A stretch of 64,000 nucleotides of DNA from an uncultured bacterium (GCA_963786935.1 CAWBAN010000002.1:449849-513848), one strand, 5' to 3'; shown: positions 19,851 to 29,545, counted from the first letter of the stretch. Notes: a model not told the origin generated them from the letters alone. Program-made: numbers and translations.

Positions 19851-20216
19851 TTATTCCAGCAGCTTTTTGACCGTATCCCGGGTGCCCGTGAGGGCCATCC
19901 ACCGTTTCTCCGAAAGCGTGAAGAGGACCGCCGCCAACGGGATCAGGACATAGGCGGATCCGATGGCGACGGCGACGATCGCCTTCGTCTGCGGTTCCCA
20001 CGGCGCAAACAGCAGGAGAGCGATGGGGATCATGACGAACCCGGCGCCGATGAGGGCCGCGACGAATATCACGAGACAGAACAGAATGAGAATGCGGCGA
20101 GCCGTCTTCATTCCCTCGAGATAAGCGTCCGCCGCCTGGACCTTCACCGTCCGGATCAGCTGATCGAGATACTCTTCCTTCAGCCAGCGGATGAGCGCGT
20201 CGACGATCCAGTTCAT
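19851..20216 (-). CDS. Small two-TM membrane protein (YqjE / holin-superfamily-like)
   Basis: 121 aa with two hydrophobic helices, directly downstream of the ElaB-like gene. Confidence 0.55.
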   Translation of the reverse strand: MNWIVDALIRWLKEEYLDQLIRTVKVQAADAYLEGMKTARRILILFCLVIFVAALIGAGFVMIPIALLLFAPWEPQTKAIVAVAIGSAYVLIPLAAVLFTLSEKRWMALTGTRDTVKKLLE

Positions 20217-20220
20217 ACGC

Positions 20221-20406
20221 CTAGTCCCTTCGCGATCTGCTCAGCAGAAGCCCGAGCAGCAGCCCCGCGACCGCGGCCCCCCCGATGTAGGCCCACGGAT
20301 TCCGGTGCACCCGCTGATCGATGTCTCCGGCGGCGTCGACGATCTGTTTCTTCCCGGCCTCGAGCTTTTCCTCCGCATTGATCCGCGCTTCTTCGAATCG
20401 ATCCAT
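20221..20406 (-). CDS. ElaB/YqjD (DUF883)-like tail-anchored protein, 61 aa
   Basis: MDRFEEAR...VHRNPWAYIGGAAVAGLLLGLLLSRSRRD; GGAGG SD. It is the C-terminal end of the spurious ORF 20221..21636. Confidence 0.8.
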   Translation of the reverse strand: MDRFEEARINAEEKLEAGKKQIVDAAGDIDQRVHRNPWAYIGGAAVAGLLLGLLLSRSRRD

Positions 20407-20496
20407 GTCGGTCCTCCATTCGAATATGACGATTCCATCCCCTTCGCTTGTCAAGGGTGTCGCGAGCATTGTAGATAAACGCCGTCGGGGGCTGCC

Positions 20497-20514
20497 ATTG
20501 GACCTTGGTCCCAT
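20497..20514. promoter_or_regulatory. Dyad box 1 (ATTGGACCTTGGTCCCAT)
   Basis: Near-palindrome; 23 bp from a minus-strand TACAAT (20468-20473) and 12 bp upstream of the putP -35. Confidence 0.65.
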
Positions 20515-20526
20515 ACGCGGTCGGCA

Positions 20527-20555
20527 TTGACGCCGGCGCTCCCATCGTTTACCAT
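20527..20555 (+). promoter_or_regulatory. Sigma70-type promoter of putP
   Basis: TTGACG-17 bp-TACCAT. Confidence 0.55.
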
Positions 20556-20589
20556 GCATTGACTCTTCCAGCATCAAGGAGCCGCGTGC

Positions 20590-22182
20590 ATGGATGCGTA
20601 CAATCCGCAGATCCTGATCCTCATGGGCGTCTATCTGGTCTTCTCCATCGGGATAGGAGTCTGGTACGCCAAGAAGAGCAACACCGGCTCCGCCGAGTAC
20701 TTTCTCGGCGGCCGGAGCCTCGGCCCCTGGGTGACGGCGATGAGCGCCGAGGCCTCGGACATGAGCGGCTGGCTCCTCATGGGCCTTCCGGGAGTGGCTT
20801 ACTTCACCGGCGCCGGCGAAGCAGCCTGGACCGCCATCGGGCTCGCTATCGGAACCTGGCTCAACTGGCGTATCGTCGCGGGCAGGCTCCGTTCCTACTC
20901 GCAGGTGGCCGACAACTCGATCACCCTGCCGTCGTTCTTCAGCAACCGCTTCCACGACAAGAGGCATATCCTCCAGATCGCCGCCGCCGTCGTTCTCCTC
21001 GTGTTCTTCTCGATCTACGTCGGTTCGCAGTTCGTCACCTTCGCCAAGCTCTTCAGCTACGTTTTCGGCACCGGAAGCTATTACTCCCTCATGGTCGTCC
21101 TCGGGGCGCTCTTCGTCCTTGTGTACACCCTGATCGGCGGCTTCCTCGCCGAAAGCATGACCGATTTCTATCAGGGCCTCCTGATGTTCGCGGCCCTGGT
21201 GCTGGTGCTCGCGGTCGGGACCGTCAAGGCCGGCGGCGTCGGCCAGATCGCCGAAAATCTTCGAGCCATCCCGAGCTTCGCCGATTTCTTCGGCGTCGCG
21301 GTCCCGGTTGACGCGGGCGGCGCCGCGGTCAGCGCCGCCGCCGGGAACGCGCAGGCCGTCGTCGGCGGGGCGGCGGCCTTCGGCCCGGGCATCAAATACG
21401 GCTTCCTCAGCATCGTTTCCTGCATGGCCTGGGGATTGGGATACTTCGGCATGCCCCATGTCCTGCTCCGCTTCATGGCCATCCGCAAGCGCTCGGAGCT
21501 CAAGCGGTCGACCGTCATCGCCGTCACCTGGTGCGTGATCTCGCTCTTCGCGGCGGTCGCCATCGGCATGATCGGCCGCGTCCTCATGCCCACGCGCCTC
21601 GCCACGGCCTCCGCCTCGGAGACGATATTTCTCCACATGGCGGTGGACTTCTTCCCGCCGCTTCTCGCCGGGCTCGTGCTCTCGGGCATTCTCGCCGCTT
21701 CAATGAGCTCCTCCGACTCCTACATGCTCATCGCTTCCTCGGCGCTGGCGAGAGATCTCGTCAAAGGCGCGTTCAAGCGGAACGCGAGCGACACGACCAT
21801 CATGTGGATCGCGCGCGTCACCCTGCTTCTCGTGACCGGTTTCGGCATCTGGACTGCGCTCGCGGGCGGCGACACGATCTTTCGCGTCGTTTCGTACGCC
21901 TGGGCGGGGCTCGGCGCCGCCTTCGGCCCCCTCGTGCTCTTCTCGCTCTTCTGGAAACGAACCACGCTTCCCGGCGCCGCGGCGGGCATGTTCACGGGAG
22001 GCGTCATGGTCGTCGTGTGGAAGAACTGGATCGGCAAGCTCGGAGGATACTTCGGCGTCTACGAGCTTCTCCCCGCGTTCGCGCTTTCCGTCGTCGTGAT
22101 CTTCGTCGTGAGCCTTCTCACGAAGGAGCCCTCGAACGAGATCGAGAAGGAATTCGATCTCGCGAAGACGGCATCATTGTAA
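20590..22182 (+). CDS. putP: Sodium/proline symporter
   Basis: EYFLGGRSLGPWVTAMSAEASDMSGWLLMGLPG, WGLGYFGMPH, VSYAWAGLGAAFGP. Confidence 0.92.
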   Translation: MDAYNPQILILMGVYLVFSIGIGVWYAKKSNTGSAEYFLGGRSLGPWVTAMSAEASDMSGWLLMGLPGVAYFTGAGEAAWTAIGLAIGTWLNWRIVAGRLRSYSQVADNSITLPSFFSNRFHDKRHILQIAAAVVLLVFFSIYVGSQFVTFAKLFSYVFGTGSYYSLMVVLGALFVLVYTLIGGFLAESMTDFYQGLLMFAALVLVLAVGTVKAGGVGQIAENLRAIPSFADFFGVAVPVDAGGAAVSAAAGNAQAVVGGAAAFGPGIKYGFLSIVSCMAWGLGYFGMPHVLLRFMAIRKRSELKRSTVIAVTWCVISLFAAVAIGMIGRVLMPTRLATASASETIFLHMAVDFFPPLLAGLVLSGILAASMSSSDSYMLIASSALARDLVKGAFKRNASDTTIMWIARVTLLLVTGFGIWTALAGGDTIFRVVSYAWAGLGAAFGPLVLFSLFWKRTTLPGAAAGMFTGGVMVVVWKNWIGKLGGYFGVYELLPAFALSVVVIFVVSLLTKEPSNEIEKEFDLAKTASL

Positions 22183-22191
22183 AATGGGGGC

Positions 22192-22230
22192 GGCGTCCGT
22201 TCGGAAGGTGGGGCCTCCCGAACGGACGCC
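22192..22230. terminator. Inverted-repeat hairpin between convergent putP and glsA
   Basis: GGCGTCCGTTCGG / CCGAACGGACGCC, a perfect 13-bp stem. Confidence 0.7.
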
Positions 22231-22246
22231 TTCTGACAGGGACTTC

Positions 22247-23281
22247 TTACTTGGCCGGCTTCGATTCGTACGGGTTGCCGCCGAGGGCGTTCGAGATGTC
22301 CGCGATCGCCTTCTGCGCGCGAACGCTGTTACCCGCCTTGTCGACCGGCGGCGAGATCGCCGCGATGCCGAACTTTCCGGGGGAGACGGCGATGATGCCG
22401 CCGCCCACGCCGCTCTTTGCGGGGAGCCCGGTGTTGTAGAGCCACTTGCCCGAGTCGTCGTAGAGGCCCGCGGTCGCCATCACGGCGAGAACCTCCGCGA
22501 CGTTCTCGGCCTTCATCGCCTGCTTGCCGGTGACGGGGTTCTTCCCGCCGTTCGCCAGCGTCGCCGCCATCATGGCGAGGTCCTTCGCGTTGACGGCCAC
22601 CGCGCACTGCTTCGTGTAGATGTCGCACGCGCGAAGAGGCTCTTCCTTGATATGGCCGTAGGCCCACATCAGCATCGAGATCGCCTGGTTCCGCTGGTTG
22701 GTCGCGGCCTCCGATTTGTACACCGGCACGTCGATGCCGAGCTGCCGTCCCGCGAAGTCGCTGTACGTGCCGATGATCTTTCCCCAGATCTCGTCGTAGC
22801 TCTTGCCCGGGATCATGCTCGTCGCCGTGATGGCGCCGGGATTGACCATCGCGTTCATCTCCGCGCCGCGGTACTGCTCGACGGCGACGATGGAGTTGAA
22901 CACCTGGCCGGTGGCGTCGACGCCCATGTTGTCGACGATCGCCTGCGCTCCAAGCTCATCCATGACCTTGGCCATGGTGAAGACCTTGGAGACCGACTGG
23001 ATCGAGACTTCCGACGTGATGTCGCCGATCGTGTAGACCTTGCCGTCGACCGTGACGACCGCGATTCCGAAGATCTTCGGGTCTACCTTGGCGAGCTCCG
23101 GAATATAATCGGCGACCGCGCCTTCCTGGAGGTCCTTGTACTTCGCGTAGGCCGCCTTGAGCGCCGCCTCGATGTCGGCCGGCTTCTGCGCCCATGAGGG
23201 CGAGCTCGACGCGACGAGCGAGAGCATCATGACGGCGGCGATGGCCCAGAGCCATGCACGCCCCGTGAATGTGTGCTTCAT
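22247..23281 (-). CDS. glsA: Glutaminase A with an N-terminal signal peptide
   Basis: VADYIPELAKV, SIQSVSK (S-x-x-K), VNPGAI, PAKSGVGGGI, GNSVR; hydrophobic leader ending SWA-Q. Confidence 0.92.
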   Translation of the reverse strand: MKHTFTGRAWLWAIAAVMMLSLVASSSPSWAQKPADIEAALKAAYAKYKDLQEGAVADYIPELAKVDPKIFGIAVVTVDGKVYTIGDITSEVSIQSVSKVFTMAKVMDELGAQAIVDNMGVDATGQVFNSIVAVEQYRGAEMNAMVNPGAITATSMIPGKSYDEIWGKIIGTYSDFAGRQLGIDVPVYKSEAATNQRNQAISMLMWAYGHIKEEPLRACDIYTKQCAVAVNAKDLAMMAATLANGGKNPVTGKQAMKAENVAEVLAVMATAGLYDDSGKWLYNTGLPAKSGVGGGIIAVSPGKFGIAAISPPVDKAGNSVRAQKAIADISNALGGNPYESKPAK

Positions 23282-24481
23282 TTAATTGCCTCCCAGATCG
23301 TACGAGAAGTTGTACTTGAACGAGAACTGGATGCGGAAATCCTCGGCCTTCCAGTCGTCGTTGTAGTTCTCCCGCTGGGCCCACTGGATCTCGGGACCCA
23401 GAAGAACGCCGGGCGTCGGCGTGTACAGCATGTTCACGAGCGCATACTGGCCCGTCTGGAACGCGTCGTCGGTCTGCCCTTCGGTGTTGTCGATGTCGAC
23501 GCGCGAATAGCCTACCGTGCTCGTCCACTTGTCGTTCCACGTGCGGTCGTAGAAAGCGACGAGCCCGAAAATCGGGAGCGCCTCGCCCTCGACGGGGCGC
23601 TTCGTGCTCATCGTATTCGGCACGAGACCGATGTCCACGGTGGCGTCGTTCATGTAGTTCTCGATGCCTTCGCCGTAGACGAACTGAAGACGGAGCACGT
23701 CCTGCTTGACCTTGAGGTTGGAGCTGAGATTGAGGCCCCACCCGGTGGCGCTGCCGCCGAGCTCGTACTCGTCTTCCATCACGTCGTCCCACTTGATGTA
23801 GCGGACGATGCCGGCGAGCTCCACGTAGCCCCAGGGGCGGCCGACACGGGCTTCGGCGGAGAAGTCGGGATACGGGTAATGTCCCTTGAGGCCCTCGGAC
23901 ACCTGCGAGTAGTCGACGTAGTCGCCCGCGTCGCCGCTCGCGCCCGGACGCTCGAGCGCGAAGGTCACGCGCGAATCCCCCTGGAGCGGCATCCACCGGA
24001 CCTGCACGTTGCGGAAGAACACCATGCCGTTCGGTCCCCAGTATTCGAGCGAGTTCGGGAACACGTCGATGTCCATGAACGGGCTCCAGGTCTGGCCGGC
24101 GCCGACCTTGCCCAGCTCGCCGTAAGCGTGACGGAGCCGGAAGGTCGTCTGCCCCGCGTCTACGCCCGTTCCGAAGAGCTCGAACTCGAAGGTCGTTCTC
24201 AATTCGCCGAGCGGCGTCTGCGTCCAGCTCTTCACGCCGAAACGGCTCTGACGGACGCCGGAGAAGAAGTGTCCGTCCTCGCCGAACTCGTTCTTGTACG
24301 CGGGTAGCTTCGTGGGCCGCAGCACGTCGAACCAGTTCGGATCGTTCTGCTTGGCCTGATAGCCCATGTCGAGCATCGCGTGTCCGTAGATCTTGAACGT
24401 CGTTTCCTGCGCGCCCGCCGCGCTCGGCGGGAGCATGCCTGCGAGGCTCACCAGCAGGAGAGCCACTGCAAACAGTCTCAT
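23282..24481 (-). CDS. DcaP-family outer membrane porin
   Basis: IYGHAMLDMGY, VRQSRFGVK, FRLRHAYG, GQTWSPFMD, RIQFSFKYNF. Confidence 0.85.
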   Translation of the reverse strand: MRLFAVALLLVSLAGMLPPSAAGAQETTFKIYGHAMLDMGYQAKQNDPNWFDVLRPTKLPAYKNEFGEDGHFFSGVRQSRFGVKSWTQTPLGELRTTFEFELFGTGVDAGQTTFRLRHAYGELGKVGAGQTWSPFMDIDVFPNSLEYWGPNGMVFFRNVQVRWMPLQGDSRVTFALERPGASGDAGDYVDYSQVSEGLKGHYPYPDFSAEARVGRPWGYVELAGIVRYIKWDDVMEDEYELGGSATGWGLNLSSNLKVKQDVLRLQFVYGEGIENYMNDATVDIGLVPNTMSTKRPVEGEALPIFGLVAFYDRTWNDKWTSTVGYSRVDIDNTEGQTDDAFQTGQYALVNMLYTPTPGVLLGPEIQWAQRENYNDDWKAEDFRIQFSFKYNFSYDLGGN

Positions 24482-24549
24482 CGCACACCTCCTTGCGAAT
24501 ACGTCCGTCGCTCACCCGGATCGAGGCACGGCGCCTCGATCCCGCTGCC

Positions 24550-25653
24550 TCATTTCACGTGAGCTTTTTCCCACGCCCTCACTTTTTGCCTCGCCTCGTC
24601 GAAGAGCCGCTCGTAATTCCCCTTGAGGAATTTCTCGCGCGCGTCCGGCGTCAGCTCGGCGAGCAGGGGGGCGTACTGCTCGTAGACGGAAAGGTACTTC
24701 GATTGCTCGGTCGGGGCCACCTCGTCGGTGCCGAATAGAAAACGGTCCGGGAACTTGTTGATGAGGGCCGCCGTCGCCTTGATCGCCTCGGGACTCGAAA
24801 CCACGTACTTCGCGACCTGGTCCCAGGAGAGGTCGACGTAGAAGTTCCGGAGATCGGGATTGGAGAGGCCGCGCTCCATGATGGCGAGCTGGTCGGGAAC
24901 GGGCCGCACGACGCGGCCGAGCCCCGCGTGCGCCCAGATGATCTTGGTGGCGGGGTGGCGCTTGATGAGGTCCCTGAGCTGCGTCACCTGGTAGGGCTCC
25001 TGGTTCGGCTTGGGGAACGGCACGTCGACGTCGTTGTGGAGTATGACGAGGAGGCCGACTTCCCCCGCGAAATCGAAGAGCCGGTCGAGCGCCGGATTCA
25101 GAAGGCTCGCCGTTTCGCCGGCTATCTTCGAGGACACGAACTCCTTGTGAATGGAGAACTCGCCGATTCCCGAGAAGACCCCGGGGAACGTTTCCAGCAC
25201 CCGCCGGACGTGATCCGCCGCGTACATGTCTGTGGGATTGAACCCCGTGATCATCGGATCGAGGCGGGCCTGCTCCTCCTTCGAGAGCGAGAGATAGGCC
25301 ATCGCGATGAAGGCGTCGGTGAAGGAGTAGTAGTAGAGGGGAGCGTCCGTCTGCAGGTAGTACGTGGGGGCGTAGTCGCCCGTATTCTCGTACGCCCACA
25401 TCTGCTGGAGCGGGAGTCCGAAGATCGCCGCGCGCCCCACCTTGTTCCCCATGAGCTTCATGTAGTCATGGATGTTCGTGCCTTCTTGTATGTAGTTCGT
25501 CAGATGCAGGTGGCAGTCGTTGAGGACGTACGGTCCGCCGGCCGCGCCGGGAGCCTGCGCCGCCGCGGGAGCGGCCGGGATTCCCGACGCCGTCAGGAGA
25601 ACCGCGAGCCCCACCAGGACCCTGCCGAGCACCTTCCGAGAGATTTCGATCAT
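24550..25653 (-). CDS. Exported amidohydrolase-superfamily protein
   Basis: Signal peptide, DCHLH, GIGEF, ILHND, WAHAG, DRFLFGTD, GNYERLF. Confidence 0.85.
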   Translation of the reverse strand: MIEISRKVLGRVLVGLAVLLTASGIPAAPAAAQAPGAAGGPYVLNDCHLHLTNYIQEGTNIHDYMKLMGNKVGRAAIFGLPLQQMWAYENTGDYAPTYYLQTDAPLYYYSFTDAFIAMAYLSLSKEEQARLDPMITGFNPTDMYAADHVRRVLETFPGVFSGIGEFSIHKEFVSSKIAGETASLLNPALDRLFDFAGEVGLLVILHNDVDVPFPKPNQEPYQVTQLRDLIKRHPATKIIWAHAGLGRVVRPVPDQLAIMERGLSNPDLRNFYVDLSWDQVAKYVVSSPEAIKATAALINKFPDRFLFGTDEVAPTEQSKYLSVYEQYAPLLAELTPDAREKFLKGNYERLFDEARQKVRAWEKAHVK

Positions 25654-25690
25654 CGTTTTCCCTCCTTACGCGTGCCGCGCCCGTCAAGAG

Positions 25691-27049
25691 CTAGAGCAAA
25701 ATGTCCGTTCCGAGCGAGAAGGTCGTTCCGGTCTGGCCGGCCGTGTAGTAGCCGAAATTCGAGCCCGCCGGGCTCTGCTCGATATGCAAGATGTGCATAT
25801 TGAGCCGCCAGCTGCGGTTCCCGTACGGATAGAAGCTCGCGCCGCCTCCCAGCTCCCACGGGTTCCTCTTGAATTCGTCGGAGACGTAGGAGCCGACGGC
25901 GTAGAGACCGAGCTTCCGGGGCACGACCATGTGCATGGCCTCGGCGAAGAAGCTATGGTCCACGATCGAGCCGGAGGGAGACGGCACGGGCGCCCCGGTG
26001 GTGGAATCGAGGGCAAGGAAGTCCGACAGCTGCCGGATCGTGTATTCGCACTGGAAGGAGAATCCCCGGTACTTGGCGCCCGCATCGAAGGCGACGTCCT
26101 GGTACACGAGTCTTTCAACCGTCACGCCTTCGGCCAGAGCCCCCGCCTCGAACGGATAGACGCCGTCCGAGAGCCGGATCTGCGTGGCGTTCGGGGGCTG
26201 GTCGAGCGCGGCGTAGCGGCTCTCACGGCTCGTTGCCGCGGACACGCCGATGCGCGTAGCCAGCTGTTCGTGGTTTTCCAGGTCCCCGAACCCTCCGCGG
26301 GGGCCGAACTCGCCCGTCGTGGGCATCCACCAGACGCTCGCGCCATAGCCCATATCGCGCGTATCGTTCGTCGCCGTGACGCCGAGCTGGCTCAAGTTCG
26401 TCGTAATCCCGGCGGTATAGTAGAAGCGGTCGACGGGAGAGCCGGTGATGAAGAATCCCGATGAAAAGCCGCCTCGAAGGGCTTCCTCCCCCATCTGCCG
26501 GTCGGAGCCGGCCCAGAACGGCCACGAGCCCTGCATCGAGCGGCAGGTCAGGTTGGGACTGATGCCGCCGCCGAAGGTGAGGGCCTTGGATACGGTGTAT
26601 CGCAGGTTGCCGAACACGAGAGTCTGCTGGGTCGTCGGGAGCGACCATATGGTGAGAGTGTACTTGAGCCGGGGATCGAAAAAGAATCCGCTCACCCAGA
26701 CCATGCTGCGGTGCCAGTAGATGTCGTTCCGCGTCTTTACGGTGCGCACGCGACCGAGGTGGTCGACGAACGTCTGTTCGCCGGGGAGCTGGTTCAGGTA
26801 CCGGAGCAACCCGTAGACGCTGATGTTCAGACTGCCGCGTTCCGATTTGAAGATATCGAATCCCTTTGCGGGAGTGAACTCGCCGGCGATGTTGTTCTGG
26901 GACGTCGCATCGGCATCGGCGGCGGTCTTTTCCTCGGGGAGGGGCGCCTCGTCCTGCGCCGACGCGGCGATAGGGAAGGCGATCAGCATTCCGAGAAGAA
27001 TCAGCATCATGGAGAATGCACGCATGCTCGAAACTCCTTTCAGTTTCAT
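25691..27049 (-). CDS. Hypothetical outer membrane porin-like protein
   Basis: Signal peptide, beta-strand pattern; first gene of the minus-strand glsA operon. Confidence 0.65.
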   Translation of the reverse strand: MKLKGVSSMRAFSMMLILLGMLIAFPIAASAQDEAPLPEEKTAADADATSQNNIAGEFTPAKGFDIFKSERGSLNISVYGLLRYLNQLPGEQTFVDHLGRVRTVKTRNDIYWHRSMVWVSGFFFDPRLKYTLTIWSLPTTQQTLVFGNLRYTVSKALTFGGGISPNLTCRSMQGSWPFWAGSDRQMGEEALRGGFSSGFFITGSPVDRFYYTAGITTNLSQLGVTATNDTRDMGYGASVWWMPTTGEFGPRGGFGDLENHEQLATRIGVSAATSRESRYAALDQPPNATQIRLSDGVYPFEAGALAEGVTVERLVYQDVAFDAGAKYRGFSFQCEYTIRQLSDFLALDSTTGAPVPSPSGSIVDHSFFAEAMHMVVPRKLGLYAVGSYVSDEFKRNPWELGGGASFYPYGNRSWRLNMHILHIEQSPAGSNFGYYTAGQTGTTFSLGTDILL

Positions 27050-27109
27050 GTGTGGCCCCCGTTCTTTCGGGAGCGAACGCCAGTCTATGAAATACGCCCG
27101 AAACGGTCT

Positions 27110-27127
27110 ATAGGACCTTGGTCCAAT
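27110..27127. promoter_or_regulatory. Dyad box 2 (ATAGGACCTTGGTCCAAT)
   Basis: Overlaps the first base of a minus-strand TAGACC-17-TAGACT promoter, 60 bp upstream of the 27049 start. Confidence 0.7.
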
Positions 27128-27145
27128 GAGGCTAGCGGAGCGAAC

Positions 27146-28181
27146 TCAATACCAGGTATAGCTCAGAGACGTGATGATGCCGTAGTCGCTCGTCGCGCCC
27201 TCTCCGGAGGTGGACTTGTTGTCGTATTGGTCGTAGACCTCGAGATCGAAGAAGAAATCGTTGATGATTTCCCGGCGGATGTCCACGGTTATATCCGATC
27301 GGTACCGGCCCTTTTCCGTAATGCTCGGATAGAGTTGAAGCTTGATGTCCAATGCCGTTTTCGGGTGATTGTACTGGTAGATCGAATAGGAAACGCTGAG
27401 CACGGCCTCGAGGCTGGAGGTCGTTCCTTCCGATGTGTACGACTCCTCCTCGTTGAGCGCGAGACCGGCGGCTCCCGTGAGCATGCTTTCATTGGTGGCG
27501 ATCAGGTTGTAGCCGGCGCCCACGACTCCGAGAAAGCGGAGTCTTCAAGTTCAGCTCATCGTTGCGCTCCACCTTGGCGCCGAGCGAAAGGGTCACCTTC
27601 TGGGGAAGAAGGTAGGCGTAGGAGCCTCCGGCGCTGGCGCGGGTCTTCCCCTCGCCCGCCTGATCCGTTTCCGTCCAGTTGACGTCCGTGTCGACGATCG
27701 TCTTCGGGGTGCGGTAGCGATTGGAGAGGTCGAAGTACAGCTCGGCCAGGTCCGTCGACTTCGCGTAGCTGAATCCGATCTTGGCGCTGCCCTGGCATCG
27801 GGACCAGAACGTCTTCTCGATCGGCGCGATCCACACGGTGGAGAGCATCGGGAGATTCACGGCCGTCGTATCGCTCGTCACGCGAAGCCTGCCCGTCCCT
27901 TCGAGGATCTCAATCGAGCCGAAGTACAGGCTCCCGTCCGAGCTCGTGACGCGGAAATAGTATCCCGAGCTGAGGGAGTCGATGTCGGCCCACTCGATGT
28001 AGAGCTTGTCCATCGAGTCGGTCATCACCTCGAGCTTTCCCCTCGACAGCATCTTGATCTCGCACGTCACCCGGTCGCCGCTCTTGAGCTTCACGGTGTC
28101 CGTCTTGGGGCGGGCGGCGGCCGGCGCGAATGCCGCGAGGATCATGAGCGCCGCGAGAATCGGTGCACGCCATCTCCACAT
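27146..28181 (-). pseudogene. DUF481-like outer membrane protein split by a single frameshift at about 27543
   Basis: ORFs 27489..28223 and 27146..27523 join as ...DELNLK|LRFLGVVGAGY if one base is removed; KTDTVKLKSGDRVT, terminal SLSYTWY. May be a sequencing error. Confidence 0.7.
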
Positions 28182-28266
28182 GACGGTAAGGATACAAGGC
28201 GGGCTCTGCGCGGGCAACCGCAATTTCGGGCGGGATAGGGACGCTCGCAGAAAACGCTCTATTGTA

Positions 28267-28437
28267 TTACTTGCTTCTCGGCGCCATCTTGCGGCGTGCC
28301 GCCGATTCGGCTTTGCTCGTGCGCCGCATGTCCGCGGCCTGCGCGCGCTTGTAGGCTTGAATATCCTTGAATCGCCCCTTGCCGGCGAACGGCTTCTTGC
28401 CCTTGGCGCTGCGATGGGTCGATTTCTTGCCCGGCAT
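28267..28437 (-). CDS. Small, highly basic protein (56 aa)
   Basis: Manual translation MPGKKSTHRSAKGKKPFAGKGRFKDIQAYKRAQAADMRRTSKAESAARRKMAPRSK; AAGGAGG SD; TTGACC-17-AAGACT upstream. Confidence 0.7.
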   Translation of the reverse strand: MPGKKSTHRSAKGKKPFAGKGRFKDIQAYKRAQAADMRRTSKAESAARRKMAPRSK

Positions 28438-28547
28438 CACGGACCTCCTTCTGTATGCTTCCCGACAGGATGTTTCTCGACTCGAGTCTTGCCCGATCAG
28501 GGCATTTGGTCAATAATTTTCTTGCGCTCCGGCCGCCCAGCTTCTCG

Positions 28548-28577
28548 TTGACTCCCGAAAAGGCTTGCCCCTATACT
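28548..28577 (+). promoter_or_regulatory. Sigma70-type promoter
   Basis: TTGACT-18 bp-TATACT upstream of the carboxypeptidase. Confidence 0.6.
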
Positions 28578-28620
28578 CCCCTCAATTTTCCGGGGCACGG
28601 AAAATGCAAAAGGACCGGTT

Positions 28621-29505
28621 ATGAAGCCGAATCTCGTGCTCGTATCCGCGCTCGTCATGCTGCTGCTCGCCTCCGCGGGCGCGACCGCCGCGCCGCTCGC
28701 GGCCGTGTCGAGGAGCCCCTATGCGGGCGCCATCGCCGTCGACGCCGCCACGGGCAGGGTGCTCTTCGAGGACAACGCCGACGCGCGTCTGTATCCGGCG
28801 AGCGTCACCAAGCTGATGGTGCTGCTCGTTCTTCTCGAAGCGGTCGAGGCCGGCCGCCTCGATCTCGACGAGCCGGTCACGGTGACCGATCAGGCCGCGA
28901 AAACCGGCGGATCGCAGGTCTACTTGAAGACGGGAGAGGTGTTCCCGGTCAACGAGCTCCTCTACGCGCTCGTCGTCGAGTCGGCGAACGACGCGGCGGT
29001 GGCGCTGGCCATCCATTACGCGGGGAGCAAGGCCTCGTTCGTGGATCTGATGAACTCGCGGGCGCGCGAGATAGGGATGACGAACACGACCTTTCACTCG
29101 GTGCACGGGCTTCCCCCGGGCAAGGGGCAGCTCCCCGACGTTTCCACCGCGCGGGACGTCGCCAAGCTGTGCCGGGTGCTCCTGGAGACGCCTCGAACGT
29201 TGAAATACACCTCGACGAGGCGGCATCTGTTCCGCGCCGGCACGGCCCATCCGTTCGTGCTGACGAATCACAACAAGCTGCTCGGAAAAGTGGCGGGATG
29301 CGACGGGCTCAAGACGGGGTATTTCAGGGCGGCGGGATACTCGATCGCCGTGACCGCCGCCAGGCAGGATCAGCGGACCATCGCCGTCGTGCTCGGAGCG
29401 TCGAACGCAAAGGTCAGAAACTCCAAGGCGAAAGAGCTTCTCGCCAGGGGGCTGCGGGAGCTCGCGCCGAACGCGACCGTATCCGCATCGGCCGCCGCGC
29501 AGTGA
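28621..29505 (+). CDS. D-alanyl-D-alanine carboxypeptidase (peptidase S11)
   Basis: PASVTK (SxxK), SAN (SxN) and KTG motifs; signal peptide. Confidence 0.92.
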   Translation: MKPNLVLVSALVMLLLASAGATAAPLAAVSRSPYAGAIAVDAATGRVLFEDNADARLYPASVTKLMVLLVLLEAVEAGRLDLDEPVTVTDQAAKTGGSQVYLKTGEVFPVNELLYALVVESANDAAVALAIHYAGSKASFVDLMNSRAREIGMTNTTFHSVHGLPPGKGQLPDVSTARDVAKLCRVLLETPRTLKYTSTRRHLFRAGTAHPFVLTNHNKLLGKVAGCDGLKTGYFRAAGYSIAVTAARQDQRTIAVVLGASNAKVRNSKAKELLARGLRELAPNATVSASAAAQ

Positions 29506-29545
29506 TTTTCCTCCTCAATACCGCAATCGTACGCGGGCAGGTCGC

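Noticed and set aside
19851..20216. Holin-like gene as evidence of a prophage
   Set aside because: Paired with an ElaB-like gene as in chromosomal yqjD-yqjE-type loci; no phage genes in the window.
28259..28513. ORF-track 84-aa minus-strand ORF
   Set aside because: TTG start coinciding with a predicted -35 and no SD; the 56-aa ORF in another frame has a strong SD and is preferred.
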